A stretch of DNA of 64,000 nt from contig NW_024704743.1 of the NCBI RefSeq assembly GCF_018977255.1, positions 77,316,001 to 77,380,000 of the forward strand, written 5' to 3'. Position numbers and translations under genes: made by a program. Under the pieces are notes generated by a model that saw only the letters and a program-made list of their open reading frames with translations, ran no database searches and was not told where the DNA came from. Shown here piece by piece: positions 50,553-63,284 of the stretch (within the stretch, counting starts at the first letter, position 1; each line of letters opens with the position of its first letter). This DNA comes from Callorhinchus milii. Its lineage: Eukaryota.

Positions 50553-52794
50553 TTATATTGCACCCTCAACCAGTACAGCGTCTTGCAGCACTAATTCACT
50601 ACAAACATCTGTGTAAACCGCACATTCTGCACTTTCTAAAAGTACGAGATTGACTTATATATAGCACGGGTGATTTTTACTAAAGAAGCAACCAGTAAAA
50701 CAGGGAAGCATCTTCAACCCAGTGTGATTTACAATCTGGATTTCAAAGTAAAACACATTTCTGATGTGTCTGATGGGAGTAAATTAATATCAAGTCCTAA
50801 TTAGCTACTGATTTAACAGGGATAGTGTAGCCAATCCTGATGCAGTCTGGTACACGCTGATCCTGTTAGATGCAGCACTTTTTGTTTCAAACTATTGGAT
50901 ATCCAGGATTCCAGTATACTTTATCTGCTGAGCAATGACTTTTCATCTCAACCTGTAAAACTGCATTGGAGAACCTTGCCAGGAAGGATGTTCAATGGCA
51001 GAACACTCGAGACAATCTTTGGAGATAGTGATTTGAGAATAAACTCAAAAATTCTAATCCTGTCACATTTTTTAAAAAATGCTTTCACAAACCACTGCGA
51101 GTTAATACCTGTCAAAATGTTTTAAGCTGCTATGCATTTAGTACTCAGGGGCTTGCAGAAATGCAAAATATACAATTTAATTACTATCACCACAATGAAT
51201 TCCAAGTTGATCTTGTTTCTCCCACATGAGCCGACCACAATTTTAAGCATGGAGTAGTCTGAAAGATGGAGGAATGCATTTTCATTGATTGCCAGGTCAG
51301 TTCATTGTTCCTGTGTATGCATAAACACTATGCTGTGATCATACCGGTCACGCTTCAGCTGCTATCTGAAATTTGCTTTTGCCATAAGGATTGACTAATC
51401 TGGTTCGTTCTGACAGCAGCTTGCACTTACTGTATCAGAGTTACCAGTTTGCTGCCAGGTACTGCAGTTTTGAAAGAAAAATAACAAGGCATATGTTAAG
51501 TAAATACCCAAGGCATTAGTCATCACACCATTCAGGTTACACTGAAACCAACTTTTCATCACACCGGTTTATTATGTTAAGAACAAAGATGGGTTTTAGA
51601 TAAGCATTAGCACAAATCAAACATATCAGTCTAGTGTGCATTATCTTTGCAAAAGGAGAAAACAAGGATTGCTCTCAAGCAACAAGTTACAAAATTATAA
51701 AATCCCACCAACAATTAAAGTGATCGCCTCCGCGGACAGAGAGGCACAGTTTTCCATTACGAGTATCAGAAATTTGTTAAACCCACTAACATTGATATTA
51801 CTTCAAGCAATTAGGAACACGCTGATAATGATATGAGTCTTCAGCTGTAAATAATTACGCTGCCTCAAGGCTATGGTTTAATTCTTGGCTCAGCATATCT
51901 ATAAACAATAATCAAACTGCAAAGCAAGTTGCAGTGTTTCCCTGCCCCCCTCCTATGTCTTATTTTGCTTCTTTGTGTGAAATCATTTCTGTGCCCCACA
52001 GTTATGCCGATGGCTATTTTGACCTTCAGGAACTCCTGCCTTTGAGGCTAAGGACTAATCTGTGCTTTTTATCAATCTGAGCTAAGTCACACAGCATGCA
52101 CAGTGCCAGTTCTTCTCAAGTCCCAAAGCTGTTATTTTCAGTCTGCCTATGCTGTGAATCGGGGCCTGCTGCTGTGGCACAATAAATGGGGACATTAGGA
52201 GAAAATGTTATAATTGCTGCAGCCCACATCTTGTTAATAAGTAATGTACAGTCAAGCTTTAGGCAGTTGCGAGTAAAATGTTTATACTGTCAGCCATCAG
52301 TTTCTATTGACACTTCATGTAATTAAACATTTGTATAGGTCAGCATAAAGTGCTCTCTCAGAATCAAGCACAGCAATTAGAACGTTTCTGAGGCAAAAAT
52401 TAATTCTTTTCAGCATCGTTGGGCTGCTAGACTGCCCACTTCAGTAATGTTAAAATGTATCAAATATTTACATACTTACAGCACTGCAATACAACTGGCA
52501 AACAACGTGAATGGAAATTACGCCACTGAAAAAAAAGCATTTGAAGTAAATAGATGTATGAATGGATGTATTAATGGCATTGATAATTGCTTGTGGGAAG
52601 AAATCAATGTTATGACTAAACAAGCAGTGATTATGACATTGCTACCTACAAATTTCAAATAATGTGTTCTCTGGTGTACAGTATTTGTCAGAAATCCAGA
52701 CTACTTGTTCTAATGAGGTAGAATTGGGCAAAATTACAGTTCATATAGAAGGTACAGAGGAGCTGAGAGAGTGCATTAGGACTGAATAGTTAAA

Positions 52795-53115
52795 TGTAAA
52801 CAAAATTTACATTTATATTACAACTTATTAGCATTGTGAGGACATCCCATGGTGCTGAATAGTCCAGGTTTTGCAACCTAGCTGTGGGTGGGAGATGAAG
52901 GGGATTTTGAAGGAGGCATGAGAAGGGGCGAGTCGTAGGGACCCTTGGATGGAATTCCAGAGAGTGAGGGCAGCTAGGCTGAAAACCTGACCACCGTTGG
53001 TAGGATGGGTAGAGTGGAGGATGTGATGTAGGCTGGTGCTGCCTGGTGCTGCTAAGCAGAGGGAGTGAATGGGTTTATAAGGTTTGAGAAGGTTGCAGTG
53101 GTAAGGTGGAGCAAG
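52795..53115 (-). mobile_element. Old L2 3' fragment
   Basis: Minus peptide GGQVFSLAALTLWNSIQGSLRLAPS and a degenerate tail. Confidence 0.75.
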
Positions 53116-53149
53116 TGTCCTGTTCAACAACCCCCAACCCCCCAAAAAA

Positions 53150-53505
53150 AATTGTCATTCACTCCATGGCTGTTTGTGAGACATTGCTGTGTGCAACTGG
53201 CTGCTGCGTTTCATCCCCAAATTTAATCAACTTTACAATATATCATGTGAAGCGTTTTGAGACATTTCAACGATGTGAATGAGGCGCTATATCAAATGCA
53301 AGAATAATAATAATCATAATCTTTGCATTGGATTTAGCGCCTTATCACGTCTTTGAGACGTCTCAAAGCGTTTCACAGGATAGACTGTAAAGTGAATTGA
53401 CTGTATATTTTGTGGGCGAAATGCGGCAGCCAATTGCGCACAGCAGTGTTCCACAAACCGTTGTGGATTGAGTGAACAAATTATTATTATTTTTGTTGAA
53501 GTGAT
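53150..53505. mobile_element. Two SINE 3' halves, tail to tail (+ 53150-53302; - 53303-53505)
   Basis: GCGCTATATCAAATGCAAG (AAT)n CTTTGCATTGGATTTAGCGC at the junction. Confidence 0.88.
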
Positions 53506-55230
53506 TAATGCTCTAAGTCTTGCAACATCCTAGCAGCTGTTGAAATACAGAAAAGTTGCAGCCTTGGATTTTTCCTACAAGGGCTATCTTGTGGTTTTCC
53601 ATCTTTAGTAACGCAAAGACAAAGTCAACAGCAGCCACTGATGGAGCCGGGATGCAATTTCCTTTTGACCGACTAAAGCAAGCGCGTACCCTTCACTTCC
53701 AAATACCATACCCGCAGTGCCAACACATCACCGTGTTATTATCATGCAAAAAACATGATATAATATATTAATATAATCATTATTATCAGTATATTAATAT
53801 ATTATGTCACGGTCTTTGCATGAAAACTAGGAATCAGCAAGCTGAATTTCCATACTGGATTTAGAGTGTTTCAAATAATGGGTCTATGAAGGGTTTAGGA
53901 TGGTGGTTGAGTTGAGCAAGCTGTGCCAGTGTAATTTGCTACATTTGTGCAAGATGTAGCAGACATTGTTGTCTTCTCGTGAGGGTGACTTGGACAAGCT
54001 GGAAAACACAGCTTTGGAAAGGGAAGAACATCCCCTATCTCTATCTGTTTAGTGAATAAAACATGTTAAAATATTTAGCAATAGATTCACTAGGGTGGGT
54101 TTATTTTTATATGTTAATTTGGATTTGCTTATTTATTGACAAATTCTTATTACTTGTCAGTCATCACCTAGTGAACTGGCTATCTTGTCTAGTATAAAAT
54201 TATCTTAAATTAACTTTCAGAAACCCAAGAAGAATAGTTTAGATGTTGATGCAAGACATGTTCCTCAGAGGAACTTGATCAGTGTTTTTTTTAGCTGATG
54301 ACAAAGTTGTAATTTGAAATATTCCACTCATTTTAGTGGTGCCTCTCGCTTTAAACAAGTAAAATGCTTTGAAGATGTCAGTCATTGTGGTAAATTTCAA
54401 TTTCTGCAATTCATCTACTGTGTATTTATCCTGGTTTGTTTGCTCTCTCATGCTGACTCATTCTGAGGTAGGGTGTTATGGTGCAGGCAACCTTTGCCCA
54501 AATGACCAATCATAATGTGCTAGCCTGTACATGGGTGTCAGAAGATCATTTGACCATGGAAGGCATCATGGCCGAGCCTGGACCTATCCTCACCTGGCTT
54601 CCACACTTTGCAGCAGATTTCATCGGAAACTCATCTGGAGCAAGATTCCTGCCTAATTTTCCCTTCCCAAATCCAAGAAGTATCTCTTTGGAATCCATGT
54701 CACCTTTTCTTGGCCCTAGCTGAGATTAATTTACTTAGCACAGAATAAAGATGAAACCTGGGATCTTTCAGGTCTGCAGAGCTTAGTTTTATCTGAGGCA
54801 ATGGCTTTGCCAAATAAGCCATCAGGGAGTCTGAGTTCTGCTTTGTTGCAGAAGTAGCTGACAACTTTCTTAACCAAAATCATTAAGGTAAACGTTTTCC
54901 CTTTAAACATTACAGGATGGATTTTCCTTTTGCTAAGCAATGAAGGTATTGTATTTTATTGGTAATTGCGGCAAAAAAAAATTGGAAATTACCTCCAATG
55001 TAAAAATGCACAATTTTCCACTTTAATAATAGAAGTAAATTGTGCCGTCTAATTTATAGAACCCTCAAGGACCTCTCCCTGCGCAGTCTCTCGTGCCTCG
55101 GATAAACCTCTATGAAAATTATGTTTCCTTTGGCAGGATGCCCTTTGTTCCTAGGGGCGGGAAGAGCATTCTATAGATACTAAGGGAGGTGCTGACCAAC
55201 AATTACGCAGATAAAAGAAGAACAGTTTAT

Positions 55231-55442
55231 ATGATCTAACTTGCAGGTTTGGGTTAACCATGCACAAACACATGCAGGTGCTCTGAATTATATAACAAGC
55301 AGGCAATGAAAATTGCATGTGATTCTGTGATCTTTTACATCGGTGGTCACTTATATAATTAAACCTTATGCATTTGCACATGCTTAATTCACCTTGCATA
55401 GTTTACACTTGGGTTGTTTACCCAACCTGCAAATTAGACCCC
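55231..55442. mobile_element. MITE-like element with imperfect terminal inverted repeats
   Basis: Left GATCTAACTTGCAGGTTTGGGT; right ACCCAACCTGCAAATTAGACC; a similar right end at ~21900-21923. Confidence 0.6.
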
Positions 55443-56744
55443 ACTCAAGCACCGGGCACAAGGACTGCTTGTTGAAATGGAGAGACAACAAATTGGGTGA
55501 CTTATCACAGCGAGGTGAATGCAATGCCAGGTTTTTTTCAATATTCCACCTGGGATCTAGACGAGAGCAAGAGCACTACAAAAATAGAGTAACTTAAGTT
55601 ACATTTTCTCCTGGTATATACCATTGAAGATTTCAAGAGGGAATGCAGTCTTGATATTTTCTACTACGCTTATCAAAAAGACAAACAATAAAAATCCGTT
55701 TTAATAAAACTGCATTTGTACCTTCTTATTGTGTGTGATTACAAAACTTGGGTTGGAAGTAAACTTAAGAAAAAAAAGGGAAAATCAAAATCATAGTTTA
55801 AATTAAAAATCCACTTGTGGAATCATTAAAGATTGAGATCAAAAATCGATCATTCACTTCACGGCTGTTTGTGGGACATTGTTGTACATATATTGGCTGC
55901 CTCGGTCGCCTACAATCACTGCAGTTGGGGAAAAAACTCTACAGTGTTTCGACATTGATTTCAAGTTCCTATATGAAAATCAATCATTATAATATAACAA
56001 AGTAGCAATTTATGCAAATTTGAAAGAACTGATTCTGTAACAACAGATTTATTATGGGAAAGTATTCTTCAAAATCTAGCTGCTTTAAGTGCACAGATGT
56101 TTAATTGACTTCCCCTGAAACTATCTGAAGAAACAAACTGGAGAGAGACAGTGGTGAATCATACAGATTTTTAGGAACCTACAGTGTACATGAATTATGC
56201 AGAGGCTGAGAAGACAACTGCTGTCTTAGAACGCACTCATCACTTTTGTTTCATCCTAAACCTCCATTAACAACATTTCACAAACTCTTAATGGCCCATC
56301 AGCTGCCTCTTGGTGTATGTAATCATTTTTAAACTTCTTAATGTCCTTTTTTTCTTGCCCTGCCCTTTATGCTTTAACAGCCCCTCTCTGATGAAGAGCT
56401 CATTCTGATAAAGGATTATTAATATTTTTCTTTTTCAGGTGATGATTGACTTGCTGCACACTTCTAGCAATTTCTGTTTGTATTTGTATAGTTGTTCCAG
56501 TCTTTCTTTTGATTTCAAGTCATACAACTGCACTGCAACTTGCAGCGCCTTGGGATTCCTCCCAACGTGAAAGGCGCTATACAAATGTAATGTTGTTGTT
56601 GTTGCAACTTGAAATTAATAGAGGACATGATAATTCTTCAGGTAAATACATTGCTATGTCCTTACAATGTAAAATTCTGAGTTGATAGTATTGATTCTCT
56701 TTCCTCCGATGAGCCTGGTAAGCATGCACGCGTGAAGTGGACAA

Positions 56745-57230
56745 CAATTTACATTTATATTGCGCCTTTCATTTCAAAAGGACTCAAAGTGCTTCTCAAA
56801 GTGCTTCTCACTGCTTGTGGGGGCAGAGAGCTGATAAGGATGTCATGTGGGAGTGACTGATGACATGACCAAAAGCACAGTTGAAGAAATAGGTCTTAAG
56901 GCAGGCTTTGAAAAGAGGACGAGAGGAGATGAGGCAGAAGGACTCCAGGATGGAGCTCCAGCAAGCAAGGGCAGATTAGCTGAAAGCTCATCCACTGATG
57001 GTGGGGCAGATTGGATGGTGGACATGAAGCAATCCAGTGTTTGAAGAGTTGCAGGAGGTCACAGGGGTAGGGTAGGGGTGAGATTGTGGAGGAATTGAGA
57101 ATGACGATTTTGATCTGCTGAGGATGGGGAGCCAGTAAAGCCGAGCAGGGTGATGAGATTGATAGGCTCATTCATGGGTTGCTCAGTTCTGAATGGTCTG
57201 CAACTTGTGGACATCCTGGAATAATCTGAA
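56745..57230 (-). mobile_element. Old L2 3' fragment
   Basis: Reversed L2 tail ACAACAATTTACATTTATATTGCGCCTTTCA and degenerate ORF2 C-terminus. Confidence 0.7.
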
Positions 57231-57714
57231 GTATTTTCACAAGGTACAGGAGGCATCTTGTTTGCAATTACCTTATAGAAATCCTGAGACCTCCTCTTGC
57301 AGTTTGTCTGTAAAGTGGAGCAGGTTTTATGATTTTTTTCAAGTCTCTACTGAGTATGAGCTAAGAATTACAAATTAATTTTGACCTATCCAATTTCAAA
57401 TATTAAGCTGTTCGCAAAAAGTATACTTACTAATTGCATTTAAAAAGCATGAACATATAGCTTGAAAACTCAAAGAGCTTCTCTTTACCCAATCATTATT
57501 ATATAAGCATGATTAAAGAAGCATGAGGTTATCTCTCGGCGGTATAAATTAAATATGTTGCACTCTTGTTCTCTCTCTCCCTCTCAAATCACTTCACAGT
57601 CAAATAATTTCAATGAGATTTGTGCTGGTATGTGGTCTTTGTTCTATAAAATGATGAGACAAAAGTTAGAATTAAAGGGGAAAAGAAATTAGCCCAGCGA
57701 ATTAACACCTATTA

Positions 57715-60682
57715 GAGACTTTGAAGATGTGGAAACAGAGCTTAATATATTTAAATTCTCGGACGATACAAAGCTAGATGGGAAAGTAAGCTGTGAGAGT
57801 AAACTGACAGTTCACCGCCAATTGTGGCTCGAGCATCTCCACAGCTACTGTCGTTCTTTGACACGCGCAAAAATGGCCTTCTACTCCAACATCATCTTGG
57901 AGGCTAAACACAACCCTAAAATCCTTTTTTCCACCACCCACTAACCCCCTCAGGCCTCCTCAATCTTCATATCAAATGCCAAGTGCAAGGAGGTCATGGA
58001 CTTCTTTTCAACTAAAATACTTAACATCCGCCAGGCAGCTTCATCCACCTGCCCCTTCTCACCCACCACCATGCCCTCTCTGTCACCCCCACCTTCCTCA
58101 TCATCTGCTCCTACCACCACCCCCATTCTACATTCCTTCCTCCCCATCTCTCCCTTCTCTCTCTCACCCACCATCACCTCCGTGAAACCCACCACCTGCT
58201 GCCTCCACCCCCTCCCCATCAACTTACTGGTCACCCAACTGTCCCTCCTCTGCCCATTACTGGCTGACATCATCAACCAGTCCCTCTCCTCCGGATCAGT
58301 CCCTGCCTCCCTCAAAACTGCTGACATCACCTCCCTCCTGAAGAAACCCTCCCCAGATCCCTCAAACCCCAGCCATTACCGCCCTATTTCTAACCTGCCC
58401 TTCCTCTCAAAAGTTCTAGAATGTGTTGTTGCGCACATCGAGTTTGCGCACACCTCTCCTCCCACTCCCTCTTCGAACCCCTCCAGTCCGGTTTCCACGC
58501 TGCCCACAGTACAGAGACTGCGCTTGTGAAAGTCACAAACCACATCCTCTCTATCTGTGACCAGGGCTCCCTCTGCCTCCTTGTCCTCCTGGACCCCTCT
58601 GCCTCCTTGTCCTCCTGGACCTCTCCGCCGCATTCGACACAGTCGATAACGCCATCCTCCTCCACCGCCTTTCCTCCGTCATCCACCTCAGTGGGACTGC
58701 ACTCGCCTGGTTCGAATCCTACCTCACAAACCGCCAGCAGTACATCTGCACAAACGGCTTCTGCTCTCGCTCTCACCCAGTCACCTGCAGGGTACCCCAA
58801 GGATCCATCCTTGGCCCCCTCCTCTTTCTGATCTATATTCTCCCTCTTGGGGTGTCATCCGCAGTTCCACTTCCACATGTATGCAGACGACACCCAACTT
58901 TATTTTTCCACCTCTCTTTGCGACACCCAGTCCCCTGATGTTCTGTCAGGCTGCCTGTCAGATCTCAGGGGCTGGATGAGCACAAGTTTCCTTCAGCTGA
59001 ACGTTGACAAAACAGAAGCCATACTCTTTGGCTCTTGTCAATGTCTAAAATCTCATGGCTCTCACCTCCTCCACCTACCCGACCGCCCCCTAAAACTCTC
59101 CGAACCCGTACGCAACCTTGGCGTCAGGTTCGACCCCCAATTATCCTTCCTCCCCCACATCCGGTCCCTCACCAACACCGCTTTCTTCCACCTCCAATGC
59201 ATTGCCCGTCTCCATCAATACCTCACTCCAAAAGCCGCTGAAACCCTGGTCCATGCCTTTGTCAACTCTCGGTTGGACTACTCTAACACCCTCCTCGCCG
59301 GTCTCCCATCCACCACCATCCATAAAATCAAAATCATTCAAAACTCTGCCGCCCGCAATCTCACCCGCACGAAACTCCGCTCTCCGATCACCCCAGTCCT
59401 TACCAGACTGCACTGTCTGCCTATTCCAGAGAGGATCGATTTCAAGATCCTCACCCTTGTATTCAAGTCCCTGCACTCCTCTGCATCCCCCCATCTCTCT
59501 GACCTCCTCTCTCCTCAAAACAGTACCCGTTGCCTTCGTTCCTCCGGGTCTGGCCTCCTCCTCGTCCCCCGAGTCCTCCACTCCACCCTTGGCGGCCATG
59601 CCTTCAGCCACTATGCCCTGAGGCTCTGGAACTCTTTTCCTCACTCCCTTCGCCTCACTCCCTCCCTTACTATTTTCATGTCTCTGCCGAAGACCTTTCT
59701 TTTCGACCGAGCCTTTGGTCACCTTCCTCCCGCTCCCCCTGCCTCGGTCCCGGGATCCGTTGTTGTGAAGCGCTCTGAGACGCCGTCCGGCATGGAGGGT
59801 GCTATATAAATCAAAGTTGTTGTTGTTGTGAGGAGGACACAAGGAGGATGCAAACGGATATAGACAGGTTAAGTGAGTGGGCAAGAAGGTGGCAAATGGA
59901 ATATAATGTGGGGAAGTGTTGTTCACCTAAGTAGAAAAAATAGAAAATCTGATTATTTTCTAGAAGGGGGAGAGACTAGGCAGTGTTACTATTCAGAGGG
60001 GTTTAGATGCCCTTCTACACCAATCACAGAAAGTTAGTATGCAGGTACAGCAAACAATTAGGAAGGCTAATAGGTTGTTAGCGTTTATTGCAAAGGGGTT
60101 AGAATACAAGAGTAGGGAAGTCTTGCTGCAATTGTATAGGACCTTGGTGAGACTGCACCTGGAATATTGTGTGCAGTTTTGGTCTCCTTATCTAAGAAAG
60201 GATATACTCGCCTAGAGGGGGTGCAACGTAGGTTCACCAGGTTAGTTCCTGGGACGAGGAGAGGTTGAGTAGACTAGACCTATATTCTCTAGAATATAGA
60301 AGAATTAGAGGTGATCTTACAGAAACCTATAAGATTCTTAAAGGTCTTGACAGAGTAGATAGTGTGAGACTGTTTCCCCTGGTCGGACAATGTAAAACTA
60401 GGGGTCATAGTCTCAGGATTAAAGGTTAGCCCTTTAGAACTGAGTTGAGAAAACAGTATTTCACCCAGAAGGTAGTGAAATTATGGAATTCTCTACTCCA
60501 GAAGGCTATGGACGCTCAGTCATTGAACATATTCAAGACTGCGATTGATAGCCTTTTAAAAACTAAAGGGATTAAGGGATATGGGGAAAGGGAAGGTAAA
60601 TGGAATTAGGTTAGAAGATCAGCCATGATCTTATTAAATGGTGTGCAGGCTCGAGGGGCTCCTATTTCTTATGTTCTTATGT
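57715..60682 (+). mobile_element. CR1 3' fragment (57715-57797 and 59833-60682) split by an L2 insertion
   Basis: KFSDDTKLDGKVSCE continues across the insert as EDTRRMQTDIDRLSEWARRWQMEYNVGKC; ends in TTCTTATG repeats. Confidence 0.93.
57798..59829 (+). mobile_element. L2 LINE, 5'-truncated, ~2.0 kb, frameshifted reverse transcriptase
   Basis: YRPISNLPFLSKVLE, QSGFHAAHSTETAL, PQGSILGP, HMYADDTQLY, SRLDYSN; (TTG)n tail; TSD TGTGAG. Confidence 0.97.
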
Positions 60683-60774
60683 TCACTTTACAGTATTTAC
60701 TGTGAAGTACTTTGAAATGACTCAAAGACGTGATAAGGCGCTATATCAAATGCAAGGATTATTATTCAATTGCA

Positions 60775-61645
60775 AAAGAACAACAGCCACAAGATTACAT
60801 TTGTATAGCGCCTTTCACGTCGGGAGGACATCCCAAGGCGCTGGACAGAGTACAGTATTTCAGACCCGAGTTGGGGTTGGAGGGGAAGGAAGGGGAGGAG
60901 AAGGGGGTGGCCGATGGCATAGTCAAAGCGGAGGGTCTTGAGGCGGGATTTGAAGGAGGCTAAGGAGGGGGTGAGGCGGAGTGACTGGGGGATGGAATTC
61001 CAGAGATTGGGGGCAGAGTGGCTGAAGGCTCTCCCCCAATGGTGGGGCGGGTGGGTCAGGGGACGTGGAGCAGGCCAGAGCCGGTTGAGAGGAGGGAACG
61101 GACGGGTTGGTAGGGGGTTAGGAGGTCGCAAAGGTAGGGTGGGGTGAGGCCATGGAGGACTTTGTATGTGAGGACCAGGATCTTGAACTGGATCCTCTGA
61201 AGGATAGGGAGCCAATGGAGTCGGGCGAGAGTGGGAGAGATGGGGTCGTGGAGTTTGGTGTGGGAGAGGACACTGGCTGCAGAGTTCTGGATTATCTGCA
61301 GCCTGTGGAGGGAGGAGTTGGGAAGGCCGACAAGCAGGGCGTTTGGATAGTAGAGCCTGGAGGTGATGAAGGCATGAACAAGAGTTTCAGCGGCCTGAGG
61401 GGTGAGGTAGTGGTGGAGTCGGGCGATGTTACGGAGGTGAGAGAAGGCAGAGTGGGTCATTGCTTGAATGTGGGGGAGAAAAGACAGTTGAGGGTCAAAC
61501 AAGACACCGAGGTTCCTGACTGGTTTGGTGAGTTGAAGTGTGCAAACATGGAGGTTGATGTTGCCAGAGCCTGAGGTGCTGAGGCGCTGGCCCGAGCCAA
61601 TCAGGAGGGCCTCAGTCTTGTTCACATTCAACTGTAGGAAATCTG
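60775..61645 (-). mobile_element. L2 LINE 3' portion with tail
   Basis: ORF 61056-61700: FLQLNVNKTEALLIGS...LHWLPILQRIQFKIL; reversed tail at 60775-60845. Confidence 0.95.
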
Positions 61646-62920
61646 TTGGGATCAAGCGAGGTATTAAGCTTAAAGATGCAGAAATGAGACCCTGCCTCAA
61701 TGTTTATAACTGAATGTGACTCGCGGTAAAAAATGCAGGGGGAGGGGAGAAACAAAAACATTTACCTATCATTACTGCCAGCATTATTGCATATGTTTAC
61801 TCTTAAAGTCAAAGCGCGGTCAAGTCAGATGGCAAACATTAGGAATGCAAAATGTTTACTGTTTTTTCAGGAGTCTACACAAAGGATTAAAAATTGTGAT
61901 ATCTGTAAACAGATTTGATGTGCTAATTATCACATTGAATTTTTTTTAAAAAACAGCTGTTTTCACCCCCAAAGTGAAGGTGTATTGTAAGCGTCCCAGA
62001 ATTCATTAAATAATGCTATTGTTTGCAGTTCTTAATACTTTCAATTCTGAATTTCACTCCAAGCTATCTATCTGCATCTAATGTGATACAATCAAATCAA
62101 TATTATTTATATTACTGTTATATTTGACCATGAATCATGTAGATTGCTGAAGTATTCTGTTCCATGAACAAATATTTTGATATTTCTAGATAACAAAATA
62201 AGATAATAATCCTTGCATTTCATATAGTGCCTTAACTATTTGTCAAAATGTCTCAAAGCACATCACAGGATATTTACTGTGAAGAGTAGTAACTGTGTAT
62301 TTGGTAGATCAACATTTAATGAGGTGAAGAGTTTTACTGAAAGGAATTCATGGGCATTAAAATCTACCTACACTGTAACATTCTTGATTATCAAGATGGC
62401 AAACAATGCATTACAAACGTAATTGTAGTTTATTTGTTTCATACACATTTCAGTGGGCTAACTCATGGAAACCAGACTCGTGTAATAGATTCACTTACAT
62501 AAAAGAGAAGACTTGATAACTAAAGATTTGATAGCAGTATAAAATAGATGACAAAATTCCATTTTAATATGTTCCAATTAGGTATTGATTTTACAGATTA
62601 ATGAAATCCTGTCGAACACTTTAATGGAAAAAAGATGAAAATGATATTCCTTCCACCAACCCTTTTATTAAAACATTTTATTTTTTCATTTTTCACATAA
62701 GAATGCTTTGCAGTGTACATTTCAAACATGGGCACAAAGGTTAATAAATATACACAACTGCACAGACTTTAGGTTGAGCAAGTATGTGGATACAATAATC
62801 TAGTATAAAATAAAAGACAGCAAAACATGATGAAGCATGAAGCATATTGATAAGAAGGGATTCATGCAAAGGAAAACTTAGTATCACATGAATGTATTGC
62901 AAGAAACCAGAACAATATAT

Positions 62921-63242
62921 ATAATAATAAATAATAATCCTTGCATTTGATATAGCGCTTTTCACGTCTTCTAGCACTTCACAGAATATACTGTTTCACA
63001 GAATATACTGTGAAGTGAATTGACTGTATATTTGTGGACGAAATGCTGCAGCCAATTGCGCACAGCAGTGTCCTACAAACAGTCGTGGATTGAAGTGACC
63101 AGTTTATTATTGTTTTTTTTCTTGAAGGTTTATTATCAGGCATGTGGAGTAAGGAAACTTGCCCAAGGTTTCGCCCTGCTAGGAATCGAACCCAGGTCTC
63201 TTGCTTGTGAGGCGAGTGCTCTACCACCAAGCTACAGGACTC
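62921..63242 (-). mobile_element. tRNA-derived SINE, full length, with a 17-bp internal duplication
   Basis: B box GGGTTCGATTCC on the minus strand; TTCACAGAATATACTG repeated at 62978-63010. Confidence 0.95.
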
Positions 63243-63284
63243 ACAATAATTAACAGCATCCAGTCTGTAGGTCCAGAAACAGGG

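Noticed and set aside
56420..56445. Strong splice acceptor TTTTTCTTTTTCAG|G
   Set aside because: Lies inside a degenerate Penelope-type terminal repeat; no matching exon or donor found.
58847..59809. 320-aa ORF as a functional gene or active reverse transcriptase
   Set aside because: C-terminal part of a 5'-truncated, frameshifted L2 ORF2; no endonuclease or upstream RT motifs in frame.
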